The position numbers and the translations under genes are program-made. Under the pieces are notes generated by a model that made no database searches, was not told where the DNA came from, and saw only the letters and a list, made by a program, of their open reading frames with translations. Positions 1-7,116 of a stretch of DNA of 39,448 bases are shown here, in pieces (the first letter of the stretch is position 1; each line of letters begins with the position of its first letter). The DNA is taken from IMG/VR virus record IMGVR_UViG_2585427754_000011, one strand, 5' to 3'. The DNA is from a virus (taxonomy: Duplodnaviria; Heunggongvirae; Uroviricota; Caudoviricetes).

Positions 1-1053
1 TTACGGGGTAATGCCAACCGCTGCCGCCACTTTGTCGCCACTTGGCAGCGTTGCCAGAGGATTGAAACGGAGCGCCGTTTCCAGATGATCCGGTGCCAGA
101 TGTGCGTAACGCATAGTCATTTTTATATCGTGGTGTCCGAGAATTTTTTGTAAGGCCAGAATGTTTCCACCCGACATCATGAAGTGCGCCGCAAACGTAT
201 GGCGCAGAACGTGTGTGAGTTGACCGCGAGGGAGCACGATAGACGTTTTTTCCATCACGGATAAAAATTGAAAATAGCAGTCTGTGAAGAAATTGAACCC
301 ATCAAGCGCCATGATCTCTTCGTAAAGCTCTTTACTGATAGGGATGCTTCTGTTTTTCTTCCCCTTCGTTCTTACAAAGGTAATTCGGTATTTGGTCACC
401 TGTGAGCGGGTAAGATTTACGGCTTCTCGCCAGCGTGCGCCTGTGCTTAAGCATATCTTAACTACCAGTGCCAGAATTGGGTCCTGACGTTTGCAATCAG
501 CCAGTAATTCAACAATCTGCTCATGGGTAAGCCATGCCATCTCTTTTTCTGCGATGGTGAATTTTCGCATGTTCTCCAGTGGGTTCGGATACGACCATTC
601 GCCCAGGCGGGATAGTTCGCTAAAAACACTACTTAGATAGCTTTGCTCCAGGTTAATGGTGACCGGGCTTGCTCCTTTCTTCCATTTCTCGCTGAAGTAG
701 ATCTCACCTGTCAGGCGTTTATCTCGATAGTGGGCAAACATTTTAGAGGTTAGATCAGTTGCAAGGGGATTGCCCAGAGCGTCAACCATCAGCAGCAATT
801 TGTCATAGACATGCTGCCCAGCAGTCAGAGATTTACCATGTAGTTTGAACCATAGCTCAACCACGTCTTTCAGTGTTCGACGATCCACTGATTCACCCAG
901 CCAGGGCTTTGCTTCGGTTTCTTCCATCGTGTGACGCTCAAAAGCCAGTGCTTCGCCTTTGGTGGCGAATTGTTTACGCACACGACGCCCACTACGTCCG
1001 GCGGGGTAACATTCGCAAAGCCATTTTCCTGTGGTGAGTTTTCGTACAGCCAT
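1..1053 (-). CDS. int: Tyrosine integrase, P2/186 family
   Basis: Translation from the internal ATG (MAVRKLTTGKW...) resembles P2 Int N-terminus (MAIKKL...) and carries the tyrosine recombinase C-terminal region (HVLRHTFAAHFMM...GHHDIKMTMRYAHL). The longer ORF start at 1131 would abut the upstream gene. Stop codon is at 1-3. Confidence 0.9.
   Translation of the reverse strand: MAVRKLTTGKWLCECYPAGRSGRRVRKQFATKGEALAFERHTMEETEAKPWLGESVDRRTLKDVVELWFKLHGKSLTAGQHVYDKLLLMVDALGNPLATDLTSKMFAHYRDKRLTGEIYFSEKWKKGASPVTINLEQSYLSSVFSELSRLGEWSYPNPLENMRKFTIAEKEMAWLTHEQIVELLADCKRQDPILALVVKICLSTGARWREAVNLTRSQVTKYRITFVRTKGKKNRSIPISKELYEEIMALDGFNFFTDCYFQFLSVMEKTSIVLPRGQLTHVLRHTFAAHFMMSGGNILALQKILGHHDIKMTMRYAHLAPDHLETALRFNPLATLPSGDKVAAAVGITP
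19..40. repeat. Putative attL core (22-bp direct repeat shared with 36594-36615)
   Basis: cgctgccgccaCtttgtcgcca at 19-40 versus cgctgccgccaTtttgtcgcca at 36594-36615; flanking sequence diverges on both sides. The core overlaps the int 3' end. Confidence 0.55.
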
Positions 1054-1054
1054 A

Positions 1055-1077
1055 AAAAATGCCCTCCAGTGGAGAGC
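1055..1077 (-). terminator. Hairpin plus T-run between the KAP NTPase gene and int
   Basis: Minus strand reads GCTCTCC-ACT-GGAGGGC followed by ATTTTTT immediately before the int ATG; the stem contains GGAGG, which could double as the int Shine-Dalgarno. Confidence 0.4.
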
Positions 1078-1132
1078 ATTTTTACTGTATATATAACCAG
1101 TGTCAATGTATGAATTTGTATAGCCATACATA

Positions 1133-2464
1133 TCACTGAAGTAAAAAAACTTTTAAAGCATCTTTCACAATATTTGTTGGTTCACCAATACCGCCACCAC
1201 CTTTTAAAAAATGGTATTCACTCATTTCTGCCCATTGTCTTTTTATATTTTCCTCAGCAGGTAAAAGAGATGAGTTTTCAGATAAGTATTTGTAAACTAT
1301 TCCAAATATAGCATATTCATAATTATCTACATTATATTCACTTGTTTGATATGAAAATTTAGATAAACCAAACAATTTCATGATTGATTGAGCATCAACT
1401 TTATCTTCAAGAAAGTTGAGAGCTAACTCTCGGTTAAAAGTGTAGATTATTATCGCTAGAGTCCTGTAATAACAATATCCATAAATATATTTGTTGCTAA
1501 TTTTGTCGCCTGATAGTAGTTGGTATATTTCAACATATCTAGCAAGTGTTTCAACCTCACGTAATGATAATTTTCTACTTTCAATGAACTGTAAGAAAAT
1601 ATCTTCGCTGGCTTCTACTGCAGCGGTCAGCCTTTCAGATTGCTCACATAGCATCATCCAATGATTTTTGGAAGTTAAAGTGTCATTATAATTATCTTCC
1701 TTAAAGGTAACAGGAAGGCTGTATGTAAATTTTATAAATTTGTCAAGATAACGGTTGGAGTCTACAGAAGAGCCATAGATATGATTTATGGATGCTTTTA
1801 GTTGAGTTGTGTTTGCAATTAATAAAAAGTTAATGTTTTTTATATCAAAAACATGTTTTATATTTTCAATAATAGAAATGGCAAAACTAGGCTTACATCT
1901 GTCTAACTCATCTATAATTATTGTTAGTTTACTTTCTCCAGCTAATTTGGTTAGTACTTCTTTTAGAGCAAGAACGTTCTTTTGTGCCTCGATATGATCT
2001 TCTAACAGAGCCTCGATGGTTCCATCGATAGCTGAATTTGCAGCGTCTTTGATAACCTCTTCAAATTCCTCATTAATTTCATCCGCATTTTGTTTTAATA
2101 CCCAACCAGCACCAGCTTTGAGTACAGTCTTAAGTCCGAATCTGAGGGCTGGCAATGCCTTAGATATTAATTCCTTTTTTTCATCGCTATTATATAGAGC
2201 TGCAATTGCGGCCATTATTGTAAGTATGGGAGCATCGTTGTGATCTTCAGTAAAAGCATCTATATAAACTACTTTATGATTGGTCGAGTTTATTTCAATT
2301 AAGGATGCTAACTTTTTTGAAAACTCTGTTTTTCCAGTCCCCCAGTCCCCATCTATGACCATAGGTGAAACAGGAATATTAGACTCTAGCAAACTTATTA
2401 TTTTTTCTGCAATGGCTTTTCTTTTATATTCATCACGTATATCGAAAGTTATATCTGTGCTCAT
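1133..2464 (-). CDS. KAP-family P-loop NTPase (443 aa)
   Basis: Walker A GDWGTGKT and the KAP-type Walker B IIIDELDRC are both present. ATG start confirmed; AT-rich relative to flanking phage genes. Sits 13 nt downstream of the small ORF stop. Confidence 0.8.
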   Translation of the reverse strand: MSTDITFDIRDEYKRKAIAEKIISLLESNIPVSPMVIDGDWGTGKTEFSKKLASLIEINSTNHKVVYIDAFTEDHNDAPILTIMAAIAALYNSDEKKELISKALPALRFGLKTVLKAGAGWVLKQNADEINEEFEEVIKDAANSAIDGTIEALLEDHIEAQKNVLALKEVLTKLAGESKLTIIIDELDRCKPSFAISIIENIKHVFDIKNINFLLIANTTQLKASINHIYGSSVDSNRYLDKFIKFTYSLPVTFKEDNYNDTLTSKNHWMMLCEQSERLTAAVEASEDIFLQFIESRKLSLREVETLARYVEIYQLLSGDKISNKYIYGYCYYRTLAIIIYTFNRELALNFLEDKVDAQSIMKLFGLSKFSYQTSEYNVDNYEYAIFGIVYKYLSENSSLLPAEENIKRQWAEMSEYHFLKGGGGIGEPTNIVKDALKVFLLQ

Positions 2465-2477
2465 TCATATTTTCTTA

Positions 2478-2660
2478 TTATTTGATGCATGTTTTTTTGG
2501 ATTTACTGATGGTTCCATCATTGCAAACAAATTTTCCATCAGAGGTACAGTGAGAGACACCTCCCTTTTTCCCAGAACAAGGATAATTTTTAGCATAGGT
2601 AGTTAGTGGGTTTAATAACAAAGAGCATGATAAAACCACAAAAAAAAACTTACCAAGCAT
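2478..2660 (-). CDS. Small secreted Cys-rich protein (60 aa)
   Basis: N-terminal hydrophobic signal-like segment ([12 protein letters not shown]...TYA), then a ~37-aa mature part with 4 Cys. GGAGG lies 6 nt upstream of the ATG. Stop is 13 nt before the KAP NTPase ATG, suggesting an operon. Confidence 0.55.
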   Translation of the reverse strand: MLGKFFFVVLSCSLLLNPLTTYAKNYPCSGKKGGVSHCTSDGKFVCNDGTISKSKKTCIK

Positions 2661-2675
2661 AGTTTCCTCCAGGTA

Positions 2676-3245
2676 TTATCTAACATACTTAACTGTTAAG
2701 CTTATAATTTTTCCAATTATTTCAACATCTTCTATCTTGCACTCGAAGGCTCTGTTTCCACCTTCAACGAAAATTCTTCCACCGGGTAAACGAGTGATGT
2801 CGCGGATTGTTATTTCGCCATCAATACTTATTACCCATTTACCATCACGTATATCATCAAATTCTTTATCACAAATAAATTCAGAATTGTTATCTGTGAT
2901 GACAAAAGGTTTTTTAAACGTAGAGGGTAGAAATCCCTTATCAAAAATATAAAAACCGTCTTCCTGCAATGCTCCATCAGACAATAAATATTTTACTACT
3001 TCTATAGTATTTGTATTTGCTGATGCTTGCTTTGAACCATGCCCTGTTGTTAGCCAATTAAGCGAGGTACCCGTTTCAAGGGCGCACTGGATTACCCAAT
3101 CTGCCGGAAAAATATCACGCATATAACGCGTTGCCATGGTGCTCTTAGAAACACCTAAATGATCACAGAGAGCCTGACGGGTACCGAACCCGTATGCTTC
3201 AACCAAACGTTCTATGGCTTTCTTACCGCCGCTATTGAAATCCAC
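2676..3245 (-). CDS. cI: CI-like immunity repressor (phage 186 CI type)
   Basis: Resembles 186 CI as I remember it (EAYGF...HCALETG...LNWLTTGHG) with an HTH-like segment. The ORF-track start at 3332 is a GTG and would overrun the promoter region; I place the start at an internal GTG at 3245 preceded by GGAGG. Confidence 0.75.
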   Translation of the reverse strand: MDFNSGGKKAIERLVEAYGFGTRQALCDHLGVSKSTMATRYMRDIFPADWVIQCALETGTSLNWLTTGHGSKQASANTNTIEVVKYLLSDGALQEDGFYIFDKGFLPSTFKKPFVITDNNSEFICDKEFDDIRDGKWVISIDGEITIRDITRLPGGRIFVEGGNRAFECKIEDVEIIGKIISLTVKYVR

Positions 3246-3272
3246 AAATCCTCCAAAGAAATCCAAAATTCG

Positions 3273-3301
3273 TTGACAGATTCCAAAAGCGATCTTAAAG
3301 T
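3273..3301 (+). promoter_or_regulatory. Candidate pR-like early promoter
   Basis: TTGACA at 3273-3278, 17-bp spacer, TAAAGT at 3296-3301, upstream of apl; sits in the cI/apl switch region. Confidence 0.35.
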
Positions 3302-3390
3302 TGAACCAGAAGTCTTCTTTTGGAGCCTTCACTACTAATCACGACAAACAACGGCTCGCCAAAAGCCATATCTAGAAGGAATGTTGCCTT

Positions 3391-3594
3391 ATGACACCTA
3401 ACATTTCAATTACTCTGAATACACCACATGTCACAATCGAACGTTATAGCGAACTGACTGGCCTTTCTATTGATACGATTAACGACATGTTGGCTGATGG
3501 CCGACTACCTCGTCATCGTCTTCGTAAAGACAAAAAACGTGAAAAGGTAATGATTAACCTGGCTGCTCTGACTGTTGATGCTTTGTCTGCTTAA
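3391..3594 (+). CDS. apl: Apl/Cox-like small DNA-binding excision and regulatory protein
   Basis: 67-aa ORF in the position of 186 apl, between cI (divergent) and cII. Confidence 0.6.
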   Translation: MTPNISITLNTPHVTIERYSELTGLSIDTINDMLADGRLPRHRLRKDKKREKVMINLAALTVDALSA

Positions 3595-3658
3595 TAGACG
3601 TCTATTTTCGCAATAAGACGCTGAGTTCGATTTTGCGATAAGTTCGGAATTGAAAACC

Positions 3659-4168
3659 ATGTTTGATTACCAAGTTTCCAAACATCCACATTTTGATGAA
3701 GCCTGTCGTGCATTCGCACTGCGCCACAACCTGGTGCAGCTGGCAGGACGTGCAGGAATGAATGTGCAGATTCTGCGAAACAAGTTGAACCCTGCTCAAC
3801 CTCATTTATTAACCGCACCAGAAATTTGGCTGCTTACCGATCTGACTGAAGATTCGACGCTGGTAGATGGCTTTCTGGCTCAGATTCACTGTCTGCCATG
3901 TGTACCGATTAATGAGGTAGCAAAAGAGAAACTGCCACATTACGTCATGAGTGCAACCGCAGAGATCGGACGTGTTGCTGCAGGTGCGGTATCTGGCGAT
4001 GTAAAAACCAGTGCAGGTCGTCGTGATGCTATCAGCAGCATTAACTCTGTAACACGACTGATGGCGCTGGCTGCTGTTTCATTGCAGGCCCGTTTACAGG
4101 CTAATCCTGCGATGGCGAGTGCAGTTGATACCGTGACTGGCCTCGGTGCTTCATTCGGTTTGCTGTGA
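3659..4168 (+). CDS. cII: CII-like lysogeny establishment regulator (phage 186 CII type)
   Basis: [19 protein letters not shown]...[26 protein letters not shown] closely matches my recollection of 186 CII; start taken at the ATG at 3659. Confidence 0.85.
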   Translation: MFDYQVSKHPHFDEACRAFALRHNLVQLAGRAGMNVQILRNKLNPAQPHLLTAPEIWLLTDLTEDSTLVDGFLAQIHCLPCVPINEVAKEKLPHYVMSATAEIGRVAAGAVSGDVKTSAGRRDAISSINSVTRLMALAAVSLQARLQANPAMASAVDTVTGLGASFGLL

Positions 4169-4175
4169 GGTGCTT

Positions 4176-4409
4176 ATGCTGACGAAAGAACCATCATTTG
4201 CATCGCTGCTGGTAAAACAAAGTCCGGCAATGCACTACGGTCACGGCTGGATTTATTTACCTTGTGGGAAAAAGTGGCATCCAAGTTTTGAATTACAACC
4301 CCGGCAACAGGCTTACCGGGGAAGAAATAAAAAGCGATTCCTACAAAGATTTATGGTTAACGTGGCAAACAACCTGCGAACCAAGCGAAAAGTTTTTCTT
4401 GGAAGCTGA
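4176..4409 (+). CDS. Hypothetical early protein; its N-terminal coding segment is duplicated at 4996-5055
   Basis: ORF MLTKEPSFASLLVKQSPAMHYGHGW... overlaps the start of the duplicated 60-bp segment; the 3' part overlaps the antisense gene and may be non-functional. Confidence 0.3.
   Translation: MLTKEPSFASLLVKQSPAMHYGHGWIYLPCGKKWHPSFELQPRQQAYRGRNKKRFLQRFMVNVANNLRTKRKVFLGS
4193..4253. repeat. Direct repeat copy 1 (~60 bp, 2 mismatches against 4996-5055)
   Basis: atcatttgcatcgctgctggtaaaacaaagtccggcaatgcactacggtcacggctggat; weaker similarity continues ~35 bp further. Confidence 0.85.
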
Positions 4410-4815
4410 GGTTTACATCGTCAACCCGACCACAGGCAATAGCAGCTCTTTTGTAGGCAGGGTTTAACAAAGATCCGAATGTTGTGGAGTCAGAGTGATG
4501 CAAAGCTTTCAATTTTTGTGCAATGAACTGTGGAGACAATTCATCCTCGGCGTAAAGCAACTCACCATATTGTCGGCTTTGTACGCTTGCTCGTTCCGCA
4601 ATAATAGCTGGTTGCCATACAAGTTGGATTGTTGCGATTACAACAACAGGAAAAGCGAACAACCATTCCAGACCTGTATTAGCAAATACAGCTGTTCCGC
4701 TTATAAGTTGGATTGCTGTCATTAATTTATCAGCTCGACCATGGAACGTTGCTGTCATTAGTTCAAGGTAATAACAGTAGTGTAATTGGAAGTATTCGGA
4801 GCTTTGTTTAGTCAT
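4357..4815 (-). CDS. Predicted 2-TM membrane protein (152 aa), antisense to the early operon
   Basis: ATG start with AGGAA upstream; two hydrophobic stretches (LMTAIQLISGTAVFANTGL, WLFAFPVVVIATIQLVW) followed by a soluble C-terminal part. Hairpin ccccgg...ccgggg at ~4292-4316 lies downstream. Confidence 0.55.
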   Translation of the reverse strand: MTKQSSEYFQLHYCYYLELMTATFHGRADKLMTAIQLISGTAVFANTGLEWLFAFPVVVIATIQLVWQPAIIAERASVQSRQYGELLYAEDELSPQFIAQKLKALHHSDSTTFGSLLNPAYKRAAIACGRVDDVNLSFQEKLFAWFAGCLPR

Positions 4816-4824
4816 GCCGGATTC

Positions 4825-4905
4825 CTATTTCTTCTCTTGCCCCGGTTCAGGCTGAGGTGCTGGAGCCGGGCGAGGGAGTACATGAAAGTTGTCTGTTTCT
4901 GACAT
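4825..4905 (-). CDS. Pro-rich micropeptide (26 aa, MSETDNFHVLPRPAPAPQPEPGQEKK)
   Basis: Not in the ORF track (too short). ATG with GGAG 8 nt upstream; stop 9 nt before the ATG of the 2-TM gene. Confidence 0.3.
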   Translation of the reverse strand: MSETDNFHVLPRPAPAPQPEPGQEKK

Positions 4906-4995
4906 CAGTTTTCTCCTTTGAGGGGTAGATGATTGTTAGCACAAATAGTCTACCACTGAGGCACGCGCCGGGCGTGTAGAAAAATTCCCGGCACA

Positions 4996-5055
4996 ATCAT
5001 TTGCATCGCTGCTGGTAAAGCAAAGCCCGGCAATGCACTACGGTCACGGCTGGAT
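4996..5055. repeat. Direct repeat copy 2
   Basis: atcatttgcatcgctgctggtaaagcaaagcccggcaatgcactacggtcacggctggat. Confidence 0.85.
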
Positions 5056-5275
5056 CATGGGTGAGGATGGAAAACGCTGGCATCCATGTCATTCACAAGA
5101 TGAATTGCTGTCTGAATTGACCACGAGGAAACGGAGAAAGTCAAAATGTATGCAGCGGAAAGTGAAGTGGTTTATCAGTTTCGTTACAGAGGGGAGAGTT
5201 ATTCAGTACCTGAAGATGATTTGCTCTGTTGTTATCCGTCGTTGTCGGGCGATGGCAGTTACTTTTTCACGCTAA
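5033..5275 (+). CDS. Hypothetical early protein, paralogous start to 4176-4409
   Basis: MHYGHGWIMGEDGKRWHP... versus MHYGHGWIYLPCGKKWHP... in the first copy; overlaps the next ORF in another frame. Confidence 0.3.
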   Translation: MHYGHGWIMGEDGKRWHPCHSQDELLSELTTRKRRKSKCMQRKVKWFISFVTEGRVIQYLKMICSVVIRRCRAMAVTFSR

Positions 5276-5370
5276 AAGATGGGACGTTTTTACGGGGAGA
5301 GCAGGTTAAAGAGACGATACGAAAAAATGTATCTCCTCTTGAACGTTACCGTAATAACAAACAACGATAG
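5146..5370 (+). CDS. Hypothetical early protein (74 aa)
   Basis: ATG with AGGAAACGGAGAAAG upstream. Confidence 0.4.
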   Translation: MYAAESEVVYQFRYRGESYSVPEDDLLCCYPSLSGDGSYFFTLKDGTFLRGEQVKETIRKNVSPLERYRNNKQR

Positions 5371-5392
5371 TTGCGTTTTGGGGATATGAATT

Positions 5393-5734
5393 ATGGCAAT
5401 TAATGGCGCTGCGGCGACTGTTCCATTAAGCCCCGGTGAACGCCTGAATGGACTTAATCACATTGCGGAGCTAAGGGCGAAAGTTTTTGGCCTGAATATT
5501 GAGTCAGAGCTTGAGCGGTTTATTAAAGATATGCGTGATCCACGGGATATCAATAATGAACAAAATAAACGGGCACTGGCTGCCATATTCTTTATGGCAA
5601 AAATTCCAGCTGAACGTCATAGCATCAGCATTAATGAGCTGACCACTGACGAAAAGCGGGAGCTGATTAAAGCAATGAATCATTTTCGTGCAGTGGTGAG
5701 CTTATTTCCCAGACGGCTAACCATGCCCAATTAA
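5393..5734 (+). CDS. Hypothetical early protein (113 aa)
   Basis: ORF in the early operon, co-oriented with neighbours. Confidence 0.5.
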   Translation: MAINGAAATVPLSPGERLNGLNHIAELRAKVFGLNIESELERFIKDMRDPRDINNEQNKRALAAIFFMAKIPAERHSISINELTTDEKRELIKAMNHFRAVVSLFPRRLTMPN

Positions 5735-5801
5735 CCAACTAATGAAATTAATGGCGTAAACCCGCCGGGCATCCCTTTATCTAAATTCAGGAGAATTGAT
5801 T

Positions 5802-6035
5802 ATGCGTAATATTGAAACCCTCACGACTAAAACCGGACCGGATGACGCAGGGCTTAATATTTTACTGACAGAGGCTCGTCTGGAAGAACGCCGGGCAAGG
5901 GCTGAAGCAATGGCAGCTCGCCTTGATAGCCTGGCGTGTCATATCTCATCCCGTCAGCTAAACCACGTGGAAGCGGCAGAACTGCTGCGTGTGACTGCTG
6001 AAGCAATCCAGAACGAAGCGCAGGAGATCCACTAA
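5802..6035 (+). CDS. Hypothetical early protein (77 aa)
   Basis: ATG at 5802 with AGGAG 9 nt upstream; stop overlaps the next start (TAATG). Confidence 0.5.
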   Translation: MRNIETLTTKTGPDDAGLNILLTEARLEERRARAEAMAARLDSLACHISSRQLNHVEAAELLRVTAEAIQNEAQEIH

Positions 6036-6262
6036 TGGCTGATGCAATGGATCTCGTACAGCAGCGCGTTGAAGAAGAACGCCAGCGCCATATCCGTGCT
6101 GCCCGTGCCAAAACGCCGGGCGTGTCCCGCGTGCTTTGCGTTGAGTGTGAAGCGCCAATTCCGCCAGCACGCCGCCGTGCCATTCCGGGTGTGCAGCTTT
6201 GCATTACCTGTCAGGAAATCGCAGAGCTGAAAGGCAAACATTACAACGGAGGTGCTGTATGA
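6035..6262 (+). CDS. TraR/DksA-type C4 zinc-finger protein
   Basis: CVEC...CITC four-cysteine pattern in a 75-aa protein; stop overlaps the dam start (ATGA). Confidence 0.7.
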   Translation: MADAMDLVQQRVEEERQRHIRAARAKTPGVSRVLCVECEAPIPPARRRAIPGVQLCITCQEIAELKGKHYNGGAV

Positions 6263-7116
6263 GCACCATCCTGAAATGGGCGGGAAATAAAACCGCAATT
6301 ATGTCCGAACTGAAAAAACACCTTCCTGCTGGCCCGCGACTGGTTGAACCTTTCGCGGGTTCCTGTGCTGTGATGATGGAGACGGATTATCCCAGCTATC
6401 TGGTTGCGGATATTAATCCTGATTTAATCAACCTCTATAAAAAGGTTGCCGCTGATTGTGAATCATTTATATCTCGCGCCAGAGTTTTATTTAAGGAAGC
6501 AAACAGGGAGGTGGCTTATTACAACATAAGGCAGGAGTTTAATTACTCAACTGAAATTACTGATTTCATGAAAGCGGTATATTTCCTGTATCTCAATCGT
6601 CACGGTTACCGTGGTTTATGTCGCTATAACAAGAGCGGGCATTTCAACATTCCCTACGGTAATTATAAAAATCCGTATTTCCCTGAAAAAGAAATTCGCG
6701 CATTTGCAGAAAAAGCCCAGCGGGCAACGTTTATCTGCGCCAGCTTTGATGAAACGCTGGCGATGTTGAAGGCGGGGGATGTGGTGTATTGCGATCCGCC
6801 GTATGACGGCACGTTTTCCGGTTATCACACTGACGGCTTCACTGAAGATGACCAGTATCACCTGGCATCCGTTCTTGAACATCGGTCATCAGAAGGACAT
6901 CCGGTCATTGTTTCTAACAGTGACACATCCCTGATCCGTTCGCTGTATCGCAATTTTACTCACCACTACATCAAGGCAAAACGCAGCATCGGCGTAGCAG
7001 CTGGTGAGAGTAAATCTGCAACAGAAATCATCGCTGTTTCTGGGGCGTGCTGCTGGGTGGGATTTGATCCTTCGCGTGGCGTGGATAGTTCAGCCGTGTA
7101 CGGAGTGCGTGCATGA
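6259..7116 (+). CDS. dam: DNA adenine methyltransferase (Dam-like)
   Basis: ILKWAGNK N-terminus, FAGS, and DPPY catalytic motif. ATG at 6259 with GGAGGTG upstream. Confidence 0.85.
   Translation: MSTILKWAGNKTAIMSELKKHLPAGPRLVEPFAGSCAVMMETDYPSYLVADINPDLINLYKKVAADCESFISRARVLFKEANREVAYYNIRQEFNYSTEITDFMKAVYFLYLNRHGYRGLCRYNKSGHFNIPYGNYKNPYFPEKEIRAFAEKAQRATFICASFDETLAMLKAGDVVYCDPPYDGTFSGYHTDGFTEDDQYHLASVLEHRSSEGHPVIVSNSDTSLIRSLYRNFTHHYIKAKRSIGVAAGESKSATEIIAVSGACCWVGFDPSRGVDSSAVYGVRA

Noticed and set aside
1054-1131. Longer int ORF starting at 1131 (MYGYTNSY...)
   Set aside because: The internal ATG at 1053 gives an N-terminus (MAVRKL...) resembling P2 Int; the extension would cover the terminator/promoter region and abut the KAP gene stop.
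3246-3332. Longer cI ORF starting at 3332
   Set aside because: That start is GTG with an in-frame stop immediately upstream and it would run across the pR-like promoter; an internal GTG at 3245 with GGAGG gives a length close to 186 CI.
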